Shown in pieces: positions 13,297-26,672 of a stretch of DNA of 58,219 bases. Position 1 is the first letter of the stretch. Each line of letters begins with the position of its first letter. A model generated the notes under the pieces. That model was not told the origin of the DNA and did not search any database. It saw only the letters and a list, made by a program, of their open reading frames with translations. Source of the stretch: Paraglomus brasilianum (lineage: Eukaryota); the NCBI GenBank assembly GCA_910592345.1, contig CAJVPI010000086.1, positions 1 to 58,219 on the forward strand, in the 5' to 3' direction. The position numbers were made by a program, and so were the translations under genes.

Positions 13297-16200
13297 AAGT
13301 AATTTACTGGTTTCGAATATGATGAACAATGCCTTGCTGCCAAGTTTTAGTGAAGTACAAGCCTGTCCTATGGTTAATGTCAGTCGCGTCATAAATATAT
13401 TTAATCTTATGGAGAGTTGGTACTTACCACTATCTGTTCTCTGTTTGTTTTTTGCTCAAGCTTGTTACCTAGAGAATTTATGAAATAAGGCTTATACGAC
13501 CTATAGAATAAACATAATCAGCTGCTATATTCAAGGTAGTGGCAAAGTGGACTAGCAGGTCAAGAGTTCGTTTCTGCTCTTTTATCTACACGTCGCGTCT
13601 TGACCCCTCTATGTAGCGCGCGTTTTAGAATACTTCAAGTGATCCCAGAAACCTTCTGGCATGACACAAGACTTTTTCTTGTTATTTCGAGGGACAATTT
13701 CAAAGAATATTTTAGCCCGGTCTTTACTCATTCAGTCTTGACTGGACATCAATCCACACTTTTTCGAGGTGGCAAGGAGCGTGAATTGCCTTTCGACGTT
13801 CTCGGAGTTACTGTCGCAGAAAGAGTAGCATGCTGGAAAAAAAGTCGCGCTCTATCTCATGGTTAAAGAAACAATAATTGCTATGATTGAAAAGACCATT
13901 TCAAAACAGATTATAGATACTAGACTTAGAGCGACATGTTAACCGAAAATATGAATTACTGATAACGACAAAGCTGAAATCAATTGTACTAGGACACGCT
14001 TGAAAACTTCCTGGCGGGTGGTAGTTAGCAAAATGATGTCTATGATTGAAAAGGGTGGCAGTTGACTTGTATAATTATGCTCTGGAGCGGATTTTATTAG
14101 TTTTCTAATATATACACCTTGTTTGTAAGTTGCGAATTGCAGGACTATCGCTTGACTGATACAAGTTGTCAAAGACTAAATTTTTGGACTTAATTATCGG
14201 GAATGTAGAGTGACCCCGCAGTCAGTATGGGTTTCAATGTAATTTAATTGACGCAAGGCCGCGTTAGAGCTAATTTGCTGGTCAATTTGAAAGCAATTGA
14301 TCTTTTGAGGATTGTGACTGCTCGACCAAGGTTGAAGAGGGGCTTTGAGAAATTGCATGAAGCCGTTAAACAGAATAAAATATCACATTGAAACGAAATC
14401 TTCATCTTGAGACACAACAAACAACACTGTCAAAAAACATATCTCAAGGTTAAGGATGCTAGTAATGATAGACTCTTTTAGATAATTTAAAATGCTTGTT
14501 GGGTATGTTTTTACAACTCGGATAATTTCACTGTTGACAACATGCAGCTGTTTCTCGTTTGCTCTGATGGAGGCGATTCAGAATTTCAGGGTCCTTTCCT
14601 GAAAGGTACTGTCACCAAATGTTTAATGATTCCATTTGCATTATCGTCGTGGGACGAACGAAAAGTGGTGGCGCTTTGGGTAAAGTTCTTATCTACTTTT
14701 AATCTCTAGCATTGATACCTTTATAGTCATTCGTATTGCCCAAACGTATCACTAAGACTAAATATATATAACAGAAGGCTAATATCCAACAATTGGGAAT
14801 AATAGGTAAAATAATGTAACCATTAAATTTTTCATTATTGTCAAGAGTCATTGACTTTTTAGTTACCCACAAGTAAATAAGGTTCATGTATGAGCAAGAT
14901 AAGAAGATAATAGTGGAGCAACATAGTTAAAACGTCGTACGTAATACAGTAATATTATTTACTATGATGCTCGTATATGTAACAAAACAAGGAAAACTGC
15001 AAAGATACTTGCAGTATTAGTGCATACTATGCTTGCATCAGAATGGCGCAATACAATCAAGTAGCAGTAGCTGATTGAGATGATAAAGTAATCCGATTAT
15101 TACATGTACAGAGCAAGCACTTGAACGTACATAATATGCCTTGTTTAAAGCATAAAACTGTTGATCATGTTCCTGGTGCAAGCACAGTAACAGCCACATA
15201 GTAATAGTGAAATATGCCACTGTATGATAAAAGATAATCCACCATGCTAGACAAGCTGAATCGCGTCAACAAGAATCTTGTCAAGTGAGCTTTTGCAATT
15301 GCTGGTATGGACGGGATAAATAATATTATTTCAGGGGTTTACATCACTAACATAAAATAGCTTGACAAGAACGTTTGGGCGTCGTTTGAAAAATATTAGA
15401 ATGGTTGTCGTTGGTGAAACATTGAATAATCAGCATTATTTGTGAGGCATATTGCAGTCATGAAAAAGTAAACTTGAAGAATATAGTTGATAGTCTTCCG
15501 GATCTCGATCCCATTAGGATAGCAGTGGATGCATGTTAATGTATGATGCCCCAATTTTTAGATTATTTGTCAAGAAATTTGGCTGATCAAAATTCCTGCC
15601 TTCATGTGATCAACGCCCAATTACTTATTCGAGGTGTATATACACAAACATTTCTGAGCTAAGACATTTACAGTCTAGACTAAAATTTTTTTTCAAGAAT
15701 ACTCTTACCATAAACGTCAGTCATAGTCAGGGATAAACAAACGTGTTATAGCAACAAAGAATAAAGTTCAATGAGTGATGGCGCAAAGGAAAGACAGTCA
15801 ACTACTCGCACAAGGGGCTTATCACTTTGCTTAGACTCAAAGAAGTAAAAGGCCGTGGTTTTATCAGATTGAAAGAGATTATCACAGTGTAACCCGCAGA
15901 TACCTGTTTTTCCAAACCACATCCTCGTCTCTTTGTCTGGTTCTTTTCACACACAAAAAGCTGAAACAGATACAATTTTCTGCTATATTCACCCTTTTTA
16001 ATATGTAAACCATATGACAATACATCGGAACATTGCTTCGGACTCGTCAAGATGTCGTTATATTCGCATACATGCGCACACACAATCAATTTGCTTTTTT
16101 ATCATTGATATCCGTACAAGGAATAGATTGACATGGGCGTACGATTTTCGCCATATCAATATCCATTTATGTTATTGAATGTAAATTGGGTTAACCCATT

Positions 16201-17017
16201 TTGGGTATATTGGCGTACAATACTCGGTGACCTGATCCTGGTGAAAATTTTTTTATACTGCGTATATTCTATATTAAAAAACTTAACTCGCCTTTTTTTT
16301 TCTCTTTTTTTTTTTTCGTTGTCTCTCTCCTCCCCTTTTTTTAGCACCATAAAAACCTTATTGCCGTTGTTACACACTCGTAGCGGGTGCGTTAAACGAT
16401 CAATTAGTAAAACATGAAATCCTTTCTTATCAGAAGTTTCGTTACGCCCCATCATACAATATATTTGTATCGTTTAAAGCATGTTCTTTATAAGTTGTAA
16501 ACGATAAATATGCATATAAAATATATTCAAGTCGATAGATTCTATTGTAATTTACCTGCCTAATTGAATTTACCCTTGGCCCGCGAAAGCACAATCAAAA
16601 CTTGTACCTTATTATTTCTTATATGCTTAAATGGTCAGCTACAGGGTCTATCAAAGTTATTGTAATCTATCACTAATTGAACCGGAGTTTGTGTCCGTGC
16701 CATCTTCATTGTTAATCGATTGCTCTAACAAACAATTCAATAATGGTTGACTCGTCAACAATGCATATATAATCTTGTGGTCTGATATATTGTTGTTTTT
16801 ATATTATATTTCTTATATATACTATAGAGTACGAAAAAAACTACCCAAATGCATTCTGTAAATCAGACTATAAATAGAATCAATAATAAAGAATTTGTCC
16901 ACACTAGAAAAGTATTTAAACAACTGCCTTCGGAGAAAGAAATTATTTAGTCATCCTTGGATTGGTATAATCTCAACACACCCATCTCCTCACCAACGCT
17001 ATATACTTTATACACAA

Positions 17018-17545
17018 ATGACTCGATTCGCGCAATCCGTACATGTATATGACCGTTCTGTGGATGCCACAGTCGAACTTAACCTGGATTCGGCTGAGTA
17101 TAGCAGAACGGTCACCCGTGCGATATTGGCGCACTTGAAAGTAATAAACCAAGGCAACCCCGTGTTCTCTACCAATCTTCCACTAGACGCGTTACTCGCC
17201 CCCAGCACCAAGAGTCGCAAAAACCGCGGAATCGCTCGTCCGCAAAACGAATTCGTCCTGTATCGAAAGGACATACAGCCAGAGATCGTCCGTACCAATC
17301 CGACCGCGACATTTTCCGAGATTTCGAAAATTGCGGGGGCGAGATGGAAAGACGAAAACCCTGATAAGAAGAGGTTTTTTACCATCTTAAGTCAAGCAGG
17401 GTACCTGGCATACCAGGAGTTATTCCCCGGGTATTCATACAAACCGAGGCGTGCATACAAGAAAAAAGAGGGCAGGTCTATTGAAACGAGTCGTGGAGGT
17501 AATAACGGCTGCGTCGAGTTTGTCGAACACGGGAATGTAAACTAA
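17018..17545 (+). CDS. MATA-HMG box transcription factor
   Basis: IARPQNEFVLYRKD..FSEISKIAGARWKDE..FPGYSYKPRR; first ATG in the listed ORF is at 17018; intronless. Confidence 0.9.
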   Translation: MTRFAQSVHVYDRSVDATVELNLDSAEYSRTVTRAILAHLKVINQGNPVFSTNLPLDALLAPSTKSRKNRGIARPQNEFVLYRKDIQPEIVRTNPTATFSEISKIAGARWKDENPDKKRFFTILSQAGYLAYQELFPGYSYKPRRAYKKKEGRSIETSRGGNNGCVEFVEHGNVN

Positions 17546-17568
17546 AAAGAGATAAAGAGCATTCAAAA

Positions 17569-17670
17569 TGCACACAGCACAACACAACACAGCACACCAC
17601 AGCACAGCACACCACAGCACAGCACAGCACAGCACAGCACAACACAACACAGCACAGCACAGCACAGCGC
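17569..17670. repeat. Pentanucleotide microsatellite (CACAG/CACAA)n just 3' of the HMG stop
   Basis: Direct reading; explains the spurious CAVLC and STAQH ORFs. Confidence 0.95.
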
Positions 17671-18899
17671 AACGGAAAAAGGAGGCTGAGAGTAGAAATA
17701 TGTCTACCGTTAAAACCGGTTTTTGTTTTTTAATTTCTTTTTTACAGTTTAATTTACTATCTAGTTGGTAAATGCTTGTTTTCATATACCAAAATTTTTT
17801 TCTATTACGCCGAGATTAGAAATAACAGACTCTTCTCTATGTAATATTGAACAGTCATCTATTGAGTTGTGTAGATAATACGCTTTACTTTTTGAGCGTA
17901 AAGAGGAATTAAATATTCCAATACTGGAATTACTCAGGAGCTGTCTACTCAGAAATAATCTAGATAGTGTTGAGAATATTTACCATCAATATCGTAGTAA
18001 GTGTTAAATGTCTTGTACTTATTATATCAAGCTTAATTTCTACAAAGAATTCGATATACCATCTTCTTTACGCAATATTATATGCAATATCATCTTTATT
18101 GCAAGATAAATGTGTTATACACAAAAGGAATTGTTGAGAACTCTCTATTTTTGTTCTTATCCTCTTTGAAGTTTGCAAATGGAGTCTATAATAATCACCA
18201 CTTAATTACAGAATTTGATATGCTACCATCTTTATTACAATATGATGAATGTATCAATAAAAATGTTATCAAAGAATTTGATATACCATCATCTATAAAC
18301 ATAAATGTATGGTGCATAGAAGTAATAATAACCGCCAAATAAAGCCGTATAGGAAGTACAAACGTTTTATCAAAGTGGTAAATTTATTTTGCAAGGTATT
18401 TAACAGTTAGTTAAGAGTGTCACATTCAAAATGGTTCTGAATTAAAAAAAAACCGCATCGCTGGGACATTTTGTCTGTTAATTAAAACAATCACTCATGT
18501 GAGATAACCGAAAGGGATATTGACATAATGTCAAACAACCTCACGAGATCTATACTCACTCGGCGTGATCCTCGCGTCCATTTAAATAGAGAAAATCGCA
18601 TATCTTTCTTTACGCAACTGGTGCTTGCATAACGGTCTTCAATAATATTACAGCCCAGGACGAAATGTTTATAAAAAATTGTTAGACGAAACTGTTTGTT
18701 CAAGTTTGTTGCAACTATAATGAGACGTTCTAGCAAGCTAGTGGTGGTGAAAACGTTTTTCTCAGAACGATATGGTAATAAAGAAGATTTACACGAAAAG
18801 AGGTTATTGTTGTCATTTACTGTGATTACTACCACGCGTTTAAGCTAAGTTTGTATGTTCACATTATAATTCTTAGTTTTTAAACCATCTTGTGAAAAG

Positions 18900-19585
18900 T
18901 GTATGAGCGGTTGAAGTATTGTAATGCATTAAATGACCTCGAGACATCATCGGAGATATTTATGAATTAAGTGTAAGAGGAGACTTCTATTATAGTCTTA
19001 AAGATGTATTAAATGATTTCAACAATTATTGGAGATTAAACCAAATAACACATGGTGCTTGAAAGGAAGGGCATAGTATATTGTAATCTTGAGCGGTATG
19101 AAATGCATTAAATGTTTTCAACAAATCGTTGAAAATTTAACCAAATAACACATGGTCTTTGAGTCATAGGGGAATGCCTATCTCATCTTAAACAGCATAA
19201 AATGCATTAAACGATTTCCATAGATCATTGGAGATTGAACCAAATAATGCATGGTTTTTGGGTCGTAGGGGGAGCAGTCTATTTTGTTCTTCAGCTGTAT
19301 GAATATGCTTTAAATGATTTCAACAAATCATTGGATATTGAACCAAATAATGCATGGTTTTTGGGTCGTATGGGAGCAGTCTATTTTGTTCTTCAGCTGC
19401 ATGAATATGCTTTAAATGATTTCAACAAATCGTTGGAGATTGAACCAAATAACACATGGGCATTGATAGAAAGGGGGACTCTCTATCATGTTCTTAAGCA
19501 GCATAGAGATACATTAAATGATTTGAACGAAATAATCACAGGTTTTGAGAGAAAGGGGGCTTCTCTATCGATCTTAATTGTATAG
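18900..19585 (+). pseudogene. Degenerate TPR-repeat gene
   Basis: About 102-bp (34-aa) repeats reading ALNDFNKSL(D/E)IEPNN(A/T)W..RG. Upstream repeats carry frameshifts and stops; only the last repeats are open (19235-19585). Confidence 0.8.
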
Positions 19586-21176
19586 TAATTATCAAAAAAT
19601 AAGTTACGTCTCTATCTTAAACTTAACCCATCGAAAGCGACCGATTTTTTAATCTAAAATTCAGAAAAACGAGTTTTCTTGAACTGTATTCGAATTCACA
19701 GAATTTGAACTTGAACTTGTTATTTTGACCAAGTTACGCGTAATTTAGTCATGTTAAAAATAGTAAAATTTTTTGAAGGTGTAGACTGTATATGTTAATT
19801 ATTTTAACAATAGTGTAGCATTAGAAAAGCTTAAGCAACCCACATATTTCGACAATGTTAAATTAATATTGTATTTAGACAGATTATATTCGAACAGTCA
19901 AATCAAGCTAGCAACAATGAGTGGATTTACTCATTGTTGCTCACAAATTGAGGGTCGACTTGACTATACTTGAAGAAAATTCTAATAAATAATACGCATT
20001 ATCGGAACGGGACTTAATCAATTCCAGTTGTTCGCGAAATTGTATTAAGCACTTTATTAGAATCATTTCCAGTTGACATTATTTATTCGTATATGAGTAG
20101 AAAACCATTATGTCAGCTCAACGACTTAGATAATTTACTACAAACGCCGGATAAATTATTCAGGCGATGAGGTTTCAAGTCTAAGTGAAGGTGTGTAAAA
20201 CGTATTGAAAATTTATAATGAATTATGGAGCATACGGTTTGTGGAGAAACCCAGGAATTAATCCGCTCACAGACTCAACCGTCGCTCAATTGTGTTGATA
20301 TGGATTACGCTGTAATAGGGCGATAATATTAAATTAGTCAAGAATTGAAGAATTACTCGCAGTTTAACTTACACATTAAGAGATTGTAATTGTTAGGCAA
20401 TTCATCGTATTATGAGATCTAGAATCACTTGCATTTCGCTATCGACAGAAAAATTCTCAACGCGCATACGGAGAGTTAATGCCTTGAAACTATGGTAAGA
20501 CGATGCGCATACGATGTTGTAAATGCTCTCCGCTCGAAACGTTGAAAGCCCATATCACTTCTTGAAGGAATGCGCGATTGGAGAAAGTTCGTGATCGAGG
20601 TTGATTAGTAAATCTATTGAATCATTTACGATTGATGTTAACCACTTAAATGTGGAACGTTTGCTATTGCACAATCACGTTCTCAAATTCAAACGCCATG
20701 CGTTCGATATGCAATAGTGTTGTACATTCGTCGTTGTCATGAATATTTTACACAGCCTACCTAGCATTATTCTACTATATATAGTAATCGAAATAGTTTG
20801 TATTTCTGCAACATGTTGGCCAATAAACTCTTTATCTTCTGTACAGTCGTTTTTCTACATTGACTCCTTCTTCCAACATTTATCGCAGCTCATCGATTTG
20901 GAATATCAAATTTGAAATTGTAAAGCGTACTGAGAATCGAAAACAAACACGAGGGATGAGCAGAACGCATGCTATGCGACAGTAGAGAACAATGTGTAGA
21001 AAAAGGGTTTGTCTATATAGATAATCAAGTTTGCAATCCATATTAGGCAATAAACTTATTTATTTGGAACCAACACATGCGCCACCGCTCAAATAGTACA
21101 ATCAATGAAAATGTATAAATAAAAAACAAACTCTACTTTGAACCGTTGAACTAAATTATTTATTTATTTATTGTCA

Positions 21177-21855
21177 ATGAAGTTGTCAACAATCGTAATC
21201 CCGTGCATAATTTGGGCTCTATCGGCTCAACTGGCTTTTTGTGATATTACAATAGACTGCAATAAGCCAGCACCAAACTCCTGTAACTTTTACGCAGACT
21301 GCTTAGAGAAGAAGTTTTTTTGTGGAGCCGATGGATATGCAGAACGTTATGGAATCAAGTATTGCCAAAAGTTTACGGATCTGATGGACCAGTTCAGCGA
21401 TGCAGGAAAGAAATGGTACGATGGTAAACAGTATCCATAAGCGTTATTATGAAAAACGCCGTTTTACTGACTTGTTACTAGGGTAACCGATGTCAAGCTT
21501 TGTCTCCAAAACGCACTAGTCTCAACGTATCAAAGTGATCACGCCCCCTGCACACAAATAACAAACACAGCACTCAATTCTCATGCAAATTGTTATGTTA
21601 ATTCTGGCTTGTGCACGCTGTCTCCAAAGGATTGGTTTACCATACTAAGGACGATCGATGCTAAAGACTTGATCGGAAATAAACAAGTTCTTTGGGTAAG
21701 TGTGGGATAATGACATTCATATCATTTTAATACGTCATGGCACTAATACAAATGCCGTTGCTATAAACTTGTCATAAATTACATAGCAATCGATATTGTC
21801 AGCTGGTAAATGTGCTGCCTTTTATGCATGGGCTGTCACAAGAATATTTCTGTAA
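21177..21855 (+). CDS. Small secreted Cys-rich protein, stanniocalcin-like family
   Basis: Exons 21177-21415, 21482-21695 and 21787-21855. Hydrophobic signal peptide, then CNFYADCLE..CG..GY..YG.KYC..F..GKKWV..LCLQNAL..C..SHANCY..GLC.L..DW. Confidence 0.75.
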
Positions 21856-22505
21856 AACAAAGTGGTTTATTAACTCGCTTGAGTTTTTGTGAATTATCTT
21901 TTCTCATATAAACGTGAAGATGTGTGTTTGTTTGAACATGATTTAATCTAAAAGCTTTTACTTTAGAGGGAGGGTAAAGGATTATTCGTTGCTGTAGTAA
22001 GGGTGAAGTAATGTACCGTACATAAAACTGTACGGGGAGTTATCGTGTTATCTAATTTGATGCCTGATTTACTGTAGCATAGAACAATTGTTTGCTCCCG
22101 CGTCAGTTGCTTAAATGGTGATTGCAAGCCATTCAATTTCCAAGTTCAAAGTATGGAAGCCCTTTTCTATTTTCAAAAGACAATGAGCTTTGCTGAATCC
22201 ACCTGTACTCGTTTTAAACAACAATTATGTCCGACCAACAATTTATATTTATTTAAATTGCCTCTACATTGAACGCGGTTACACCATTAAAGTTTAATAT
22301 TTTCATAATAAATAACCACAGACAGCCGAATTACGTAATATACGTAATATACGTATACGACGTCATTGGCGTTTTCTCATAGTTTGTCTCATCAAAAGAC
22401 GTTTGCACTATGCGAAGTGAGTAATAAATCCATTAGCGTGCATTATGCAATTAACTTTTATTGACTCCGCCAGTCTTCGTATTTTTTTTGTGTTATATTT
22501 CATAG

Positions 22506-22558
22506 TACAGTCAACCCTTATCTAGAAAAATGGTGACTATATAGACAGGGTTGACTAG
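22506..22558. mobile_element. Highly deleted pogo-like MITE footprint
   Basis: TA|CAGTCAACCCT ... AGGGTTGACT inverted ends only about 50 bp apart. Confidence 0.45.
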
Positions 22559-22973
22559 CAAATTATGACAACATTCATAACAATTGATCTGGGCTTTTTT
22601 TAATAAAAATAACTCTATTTATTCGAATAAGTGGTTATAAAGACTTTTTAGAGATCTTTTTAATCTTCTATTGTAACGGTAACATGCGTTAGTCAATTGT
22701 TCAATAAAACTCTAACCGATTCAGACCTGTAATGGAACCGTACGCGCTATCATTTAATATAAGAAACAATTCTCCAAAGTAAAACTACTGTGCCTTGTCT
22801 CAATCAGTTTCTATTATTGCCACATCATGTTGGTCTTTCAGACAAGTGCTATGCACTTGACAGGCTTACTCTTTGACTTTAACTGCCTATCCATGAAACA
22901 CATCGGCCACACAAAAATTAATAGTATATTGCGCATGACACGAAAGTCACACTTCCAATGGTTGGATCGATGT

Positions 22974-24199
22974 CTAATCCTTAAGTACAACTTGCCACTA
23001 TATGATTGATTGAATAATTTAATTAGCCACCCTATGAATGTAGACGAATCACGTAAACATGACCTACATTATCATTAGAGTCGTTATGGGGATAACACGT
23101 CACTTCTTGCCTACCGTCATCCAACAATCTTCTATGACTGTGAAGCTTGCCATTGGTTTCGATATGCTTTATGTTTACTATATCATCAATTTTCCAAAAG
23201 TCATCGCTTTCTGGATTAGACGTTGATAACGGTGTCCAATAATTGTTCGAATCGTGTTGACCGAAGCAGCAAACTATAGAATTGGGAATATCAAAGCATA
23301 ATTTATCAGTTGTGCATCGTCAGCCACAAGTATGCGGGAGCGTAACAGCAGTTGACGTACCTTCTTGCTGAGCCGTTACTGGGGAAGTTATTACATGCGA
23401 ACTTAGCATCTCCCCGGTTGCAACATGCCGTAACGTTATTCTTGTGTTGTACCTTACGTATTCTTCCTGTGAACGTTCTACCTGTTGTACCATCCAATAA
23501 TTGTCCCTATCGTATGTATTCTTGTTCCCATACACCTAGAAAACAATCAACATTCATGTTAAATCATTGGCTATAACATCAAACTTTGTTCGACATATTC
23601 TTTAAATATATATATGCAACACTAACAATTTGAAATTTACTCCCGGAGGAGTAGCGATCGATATTACTCGAGAGGTAATTTTCGGTGCGAACATGCTGTA
23701 ATATAATGGTGTCACCATATCTTATACATTGGTTTAAGCTGGCGTTTAAGTCGTAGAATGTTTCTAGTAAAGTTCCCACATCAGCTATATCACTCGACTT
23801 TTCTTCAAAGTTCTTCCTGATTGTCTTGTTCATGGATGCATTGATCAAGCATTTCCGTACAAATTTCACATCGTTTTTCAAGCCGAGCTCAAAAACCCAG
23901 TTTCGTATCAGATTAATAAAGCCAAGCAAATCGTCTCTGCCATTGTACTTGATTACCGACAATTTATCTCTAATGCCTTTTAAGTGTAGTTTATACTGTT
24001 TGCACGAACGTAATGCAGAGACGAGATCCTCCAGAGTGGATATATTCTTATCGAATTCTATGGTTTTGTTGACCCGAAGCAAGGCAATATCTACCATTTC
24101 GTATTCTGCGAATGTTCTATGAAGGAGGCAATATGCCCGAATCTTATTTACCCAGTCTTTTGGATCTTGCGAACCGTCGTATTCTGGAAGAGCCTCCAT
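22974..24199 (-). CDS. Gag-capsid-like domain + 3 MIR repeats, paralog A (325 aa)
   Basis: Exons 24199-23627, 23535-23361, 23273-23068 and 22997-22974, all GT-AG and in frame. N-terminal LPEYDGSQDPKDW..LSVIKYNGRDDLLGFIN; MIR repeats YGDTIILQHVRT..YLSS, ITLRHVATGEMLSSH..QQEV, IKHIETNGKLHSH..RQEVTC. Confidence 0.85.
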
Positions 24200-25110
24200 G
24201 ATAATATAAAGGATCAAAGTCCAGTTAGCAGATCATTTATATTTAAAAAGCTCTTGTGTAACTTCTAAATGTCATTTGCTCGCGTTGTAAACGTCTGTTT
24301 GTGTTATTACCAAATAAATTTGTTCTTGGGCTTTAATTGAAAATGAAACTTTAACATGCTGTCCTTTTATATAGTTCCCCAATTCTAAAATTCGTTATTA
24401 AATAATTGGATAATTCGATTAACTTCTACGCGAACGTGACCATGATATAAGCCTTATCAATGGCTATTTTACTTTGACGTCGAGTTGTTTTTACTATGTT
24501 TATTTACATAGAAAGAATGTGGCCAATTTCATCCATGCTAAGTTAACAGATTGGTGTATTATGTCTCCTTGTCAATAGCAAACTTTTCTTATTCGAATTG
24601 TCTAAGCAAAACTTATGGCCAGGAAGATAAAATACGATTATTTATATAACCTTAATCTATATAATATTCTTATAATTAATGGTATTGTTCTAAAATATTC
24701 GTTAAACCTTTTCGCTAAAGTATACTTTTATTGTAATATCCATTAATTAAAGGTAATGATAGATTATAATCTTTGTACATTTACCGAACCATTATTATTT
24801 TTAGATAATGCGAATTGGTCTGAAAATAAGTTTCTATTGGATATGCAATAGAACCCTAACCGATAACGGACCTGTACATGCTACTTTTAATATCGATATC
24901 AGAAACAATTATCATTATGTACTAGTATGTACGAATGCCTTGGCTCATTCAGTTTCTATTATTGTCACATTATATTTGCCCTTCAGGCAAGTGCTATGTA
25001 TTCGATAGACTTGTGATTTTAATTACCTATACGTGAAAAATGAAAATTACACCTATACCAAGATAACCACAGAATTATCGAAAGTCATTTTCCAATGGTT
25101 GGATTAGTGT

Positions 25111-26350
25111 CTAATCCTTGAGTGTTACTTGCCACTATACGATTGATTAAATAACTCAATTAGACACCTTATGACTTGTAGACTAACCACCCGAATATGA
25201 CCTACCTTATCGTTATCGTCGTTTTCGTAAAAACACGTTACTTCTTGCCTGTCTTCGTCCAAAAAGCATGCATGACTGTGAAGCTTGCCATTGGTTTCGA
25301 TATGCTTTATGTTTACTATATCATCAATTTTCCAAAAGTCGTCGCTTTCTGGATTAGACGTTGATAACGGTGTCCAATAATTGTTCGAATCGTATTGATC
25401 GAAGCAGCAAACTATAGAATTGGGAATATCGAAGCATAGTTTATCAATTGTGCATCGTCAGTCACAAGTAATGCGTGCGTAACAGCAGCTTGCTGTACCT
25501 TCTTGCTGTCCAGATATGGGGGAAGTTTGTCGATGCGAATGTAGCATCTCCGAAGTTGCAATATGCCGTAATGATATTTTTGCGTTGTACCTTACGTATT
25601 CGTCTAGTACACGTCCTGTCGGTTGTACCATCCAATAATTGTCCTGATTGTATGTATCCTTGTTCCCATACACCTAGAAAGACAATAATAAGAAATCAAC
25701 GTTCACGCTAAATCGTTAGCCAGTAGCATCAAGCATTATTAAAAAGTGTATTATATATTACATATCCTAATACTAACAATCTGAAATCTACTCCCGGACG
25801 AGTAATGATCATGATTACTGGAAAGGTAATTTCCGGTGACAACATGCTTTAATAGAACCGTAGAACCGTATTTTAAGCATTGATTTAGACTGGCATTTAA
25901 GTCGTAGAAAGTTTCTAGTAAAGTTTCCACATCAGCTATATCACTCGACTTTTCTTCAAAGTTCTTTCTGATTGTCTTGTTCGTGAATGCATTGACCAGA
26001 CATCCCCGCACACATTCTACATCGTTCTCCAAGCCGAGCTCCAAGACCCAGTTCCGTATCAGATTAACAAAGCCATACAAATCGTCTCTGCCATTGTACT
26101 TGATTACCGACAATTTGTCTCTAAGGAATTTCAAGTGCAGGTTGTATTGTTTGCACGAACGGAGTGCAGAAATGAGACCCTCCAGGGTGGATATATCCTT
26201 ATCTATTTTTATGGTTTTATTGACCCGAAGCAAGGCAATCTTCACCATTTCGCATTCTGCGAATGTTCTATTGAGGAGACAATACGCCTGGATCTTGTTT
26301 ACCCAGTCTTTTGGATCTTGCGAACCATCGTATTCTGGAAGTGCCTCCAT
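25111..26350 (-). CDS. Gag-capsid-like domain + 3 MIR repeats, paralog B (325 aa)
   Basis: Exons 26350-25778, 25673-25499, 25411-25206 and 25134-25111; exon lengths identical to paralog A (573/175/206/24 nt). Confidence 0.85.
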
Positions 26351-26672
26351 TGGGACAAGTTTTCAATTACCCACAGCAGATCATTTAAAAAGCTCTCGTG
26401 TAACTTGCAATGAATTGTCACCTATATCCAGCCTTGTGCAACTAAGCAACACTGTTCTTAAAACAAGAAAACTCTATATACCATGCTATAAATAGTTAAC
26501 GTTAAGACGGAATTATTACATCAATATGACGTATGTTATTATTGTGATGTATTTAATTAGTAGCAGTAGTAGTAAAATTGGTTACGACGTTTTAGACTAG
26601 AAGGATAATGTCAGTAAAACATTGAAAGAACAAAAGTCATTAGTATATTGTCCATGGCACAAAAGTTGGTGT

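Noticed and set aside
13400..16900. Short ORFs and possible gene relics
   Set aside because: No recognisable motifs or consistent exon chain; treated as intergenic or decayed sequence.
17018..17545. Mating-type (sex) locus
   Set aside because: No flanking triose-phosphate transporter, RNA helicase or homeodomain genes, and MATA-HMG genes are numerous in this fungal group.
17435..17785. Cys-rich CAVLC and His-rich STAQH ORFs
   Set aside because: Translation artefacts of the CACAG microsatellite.
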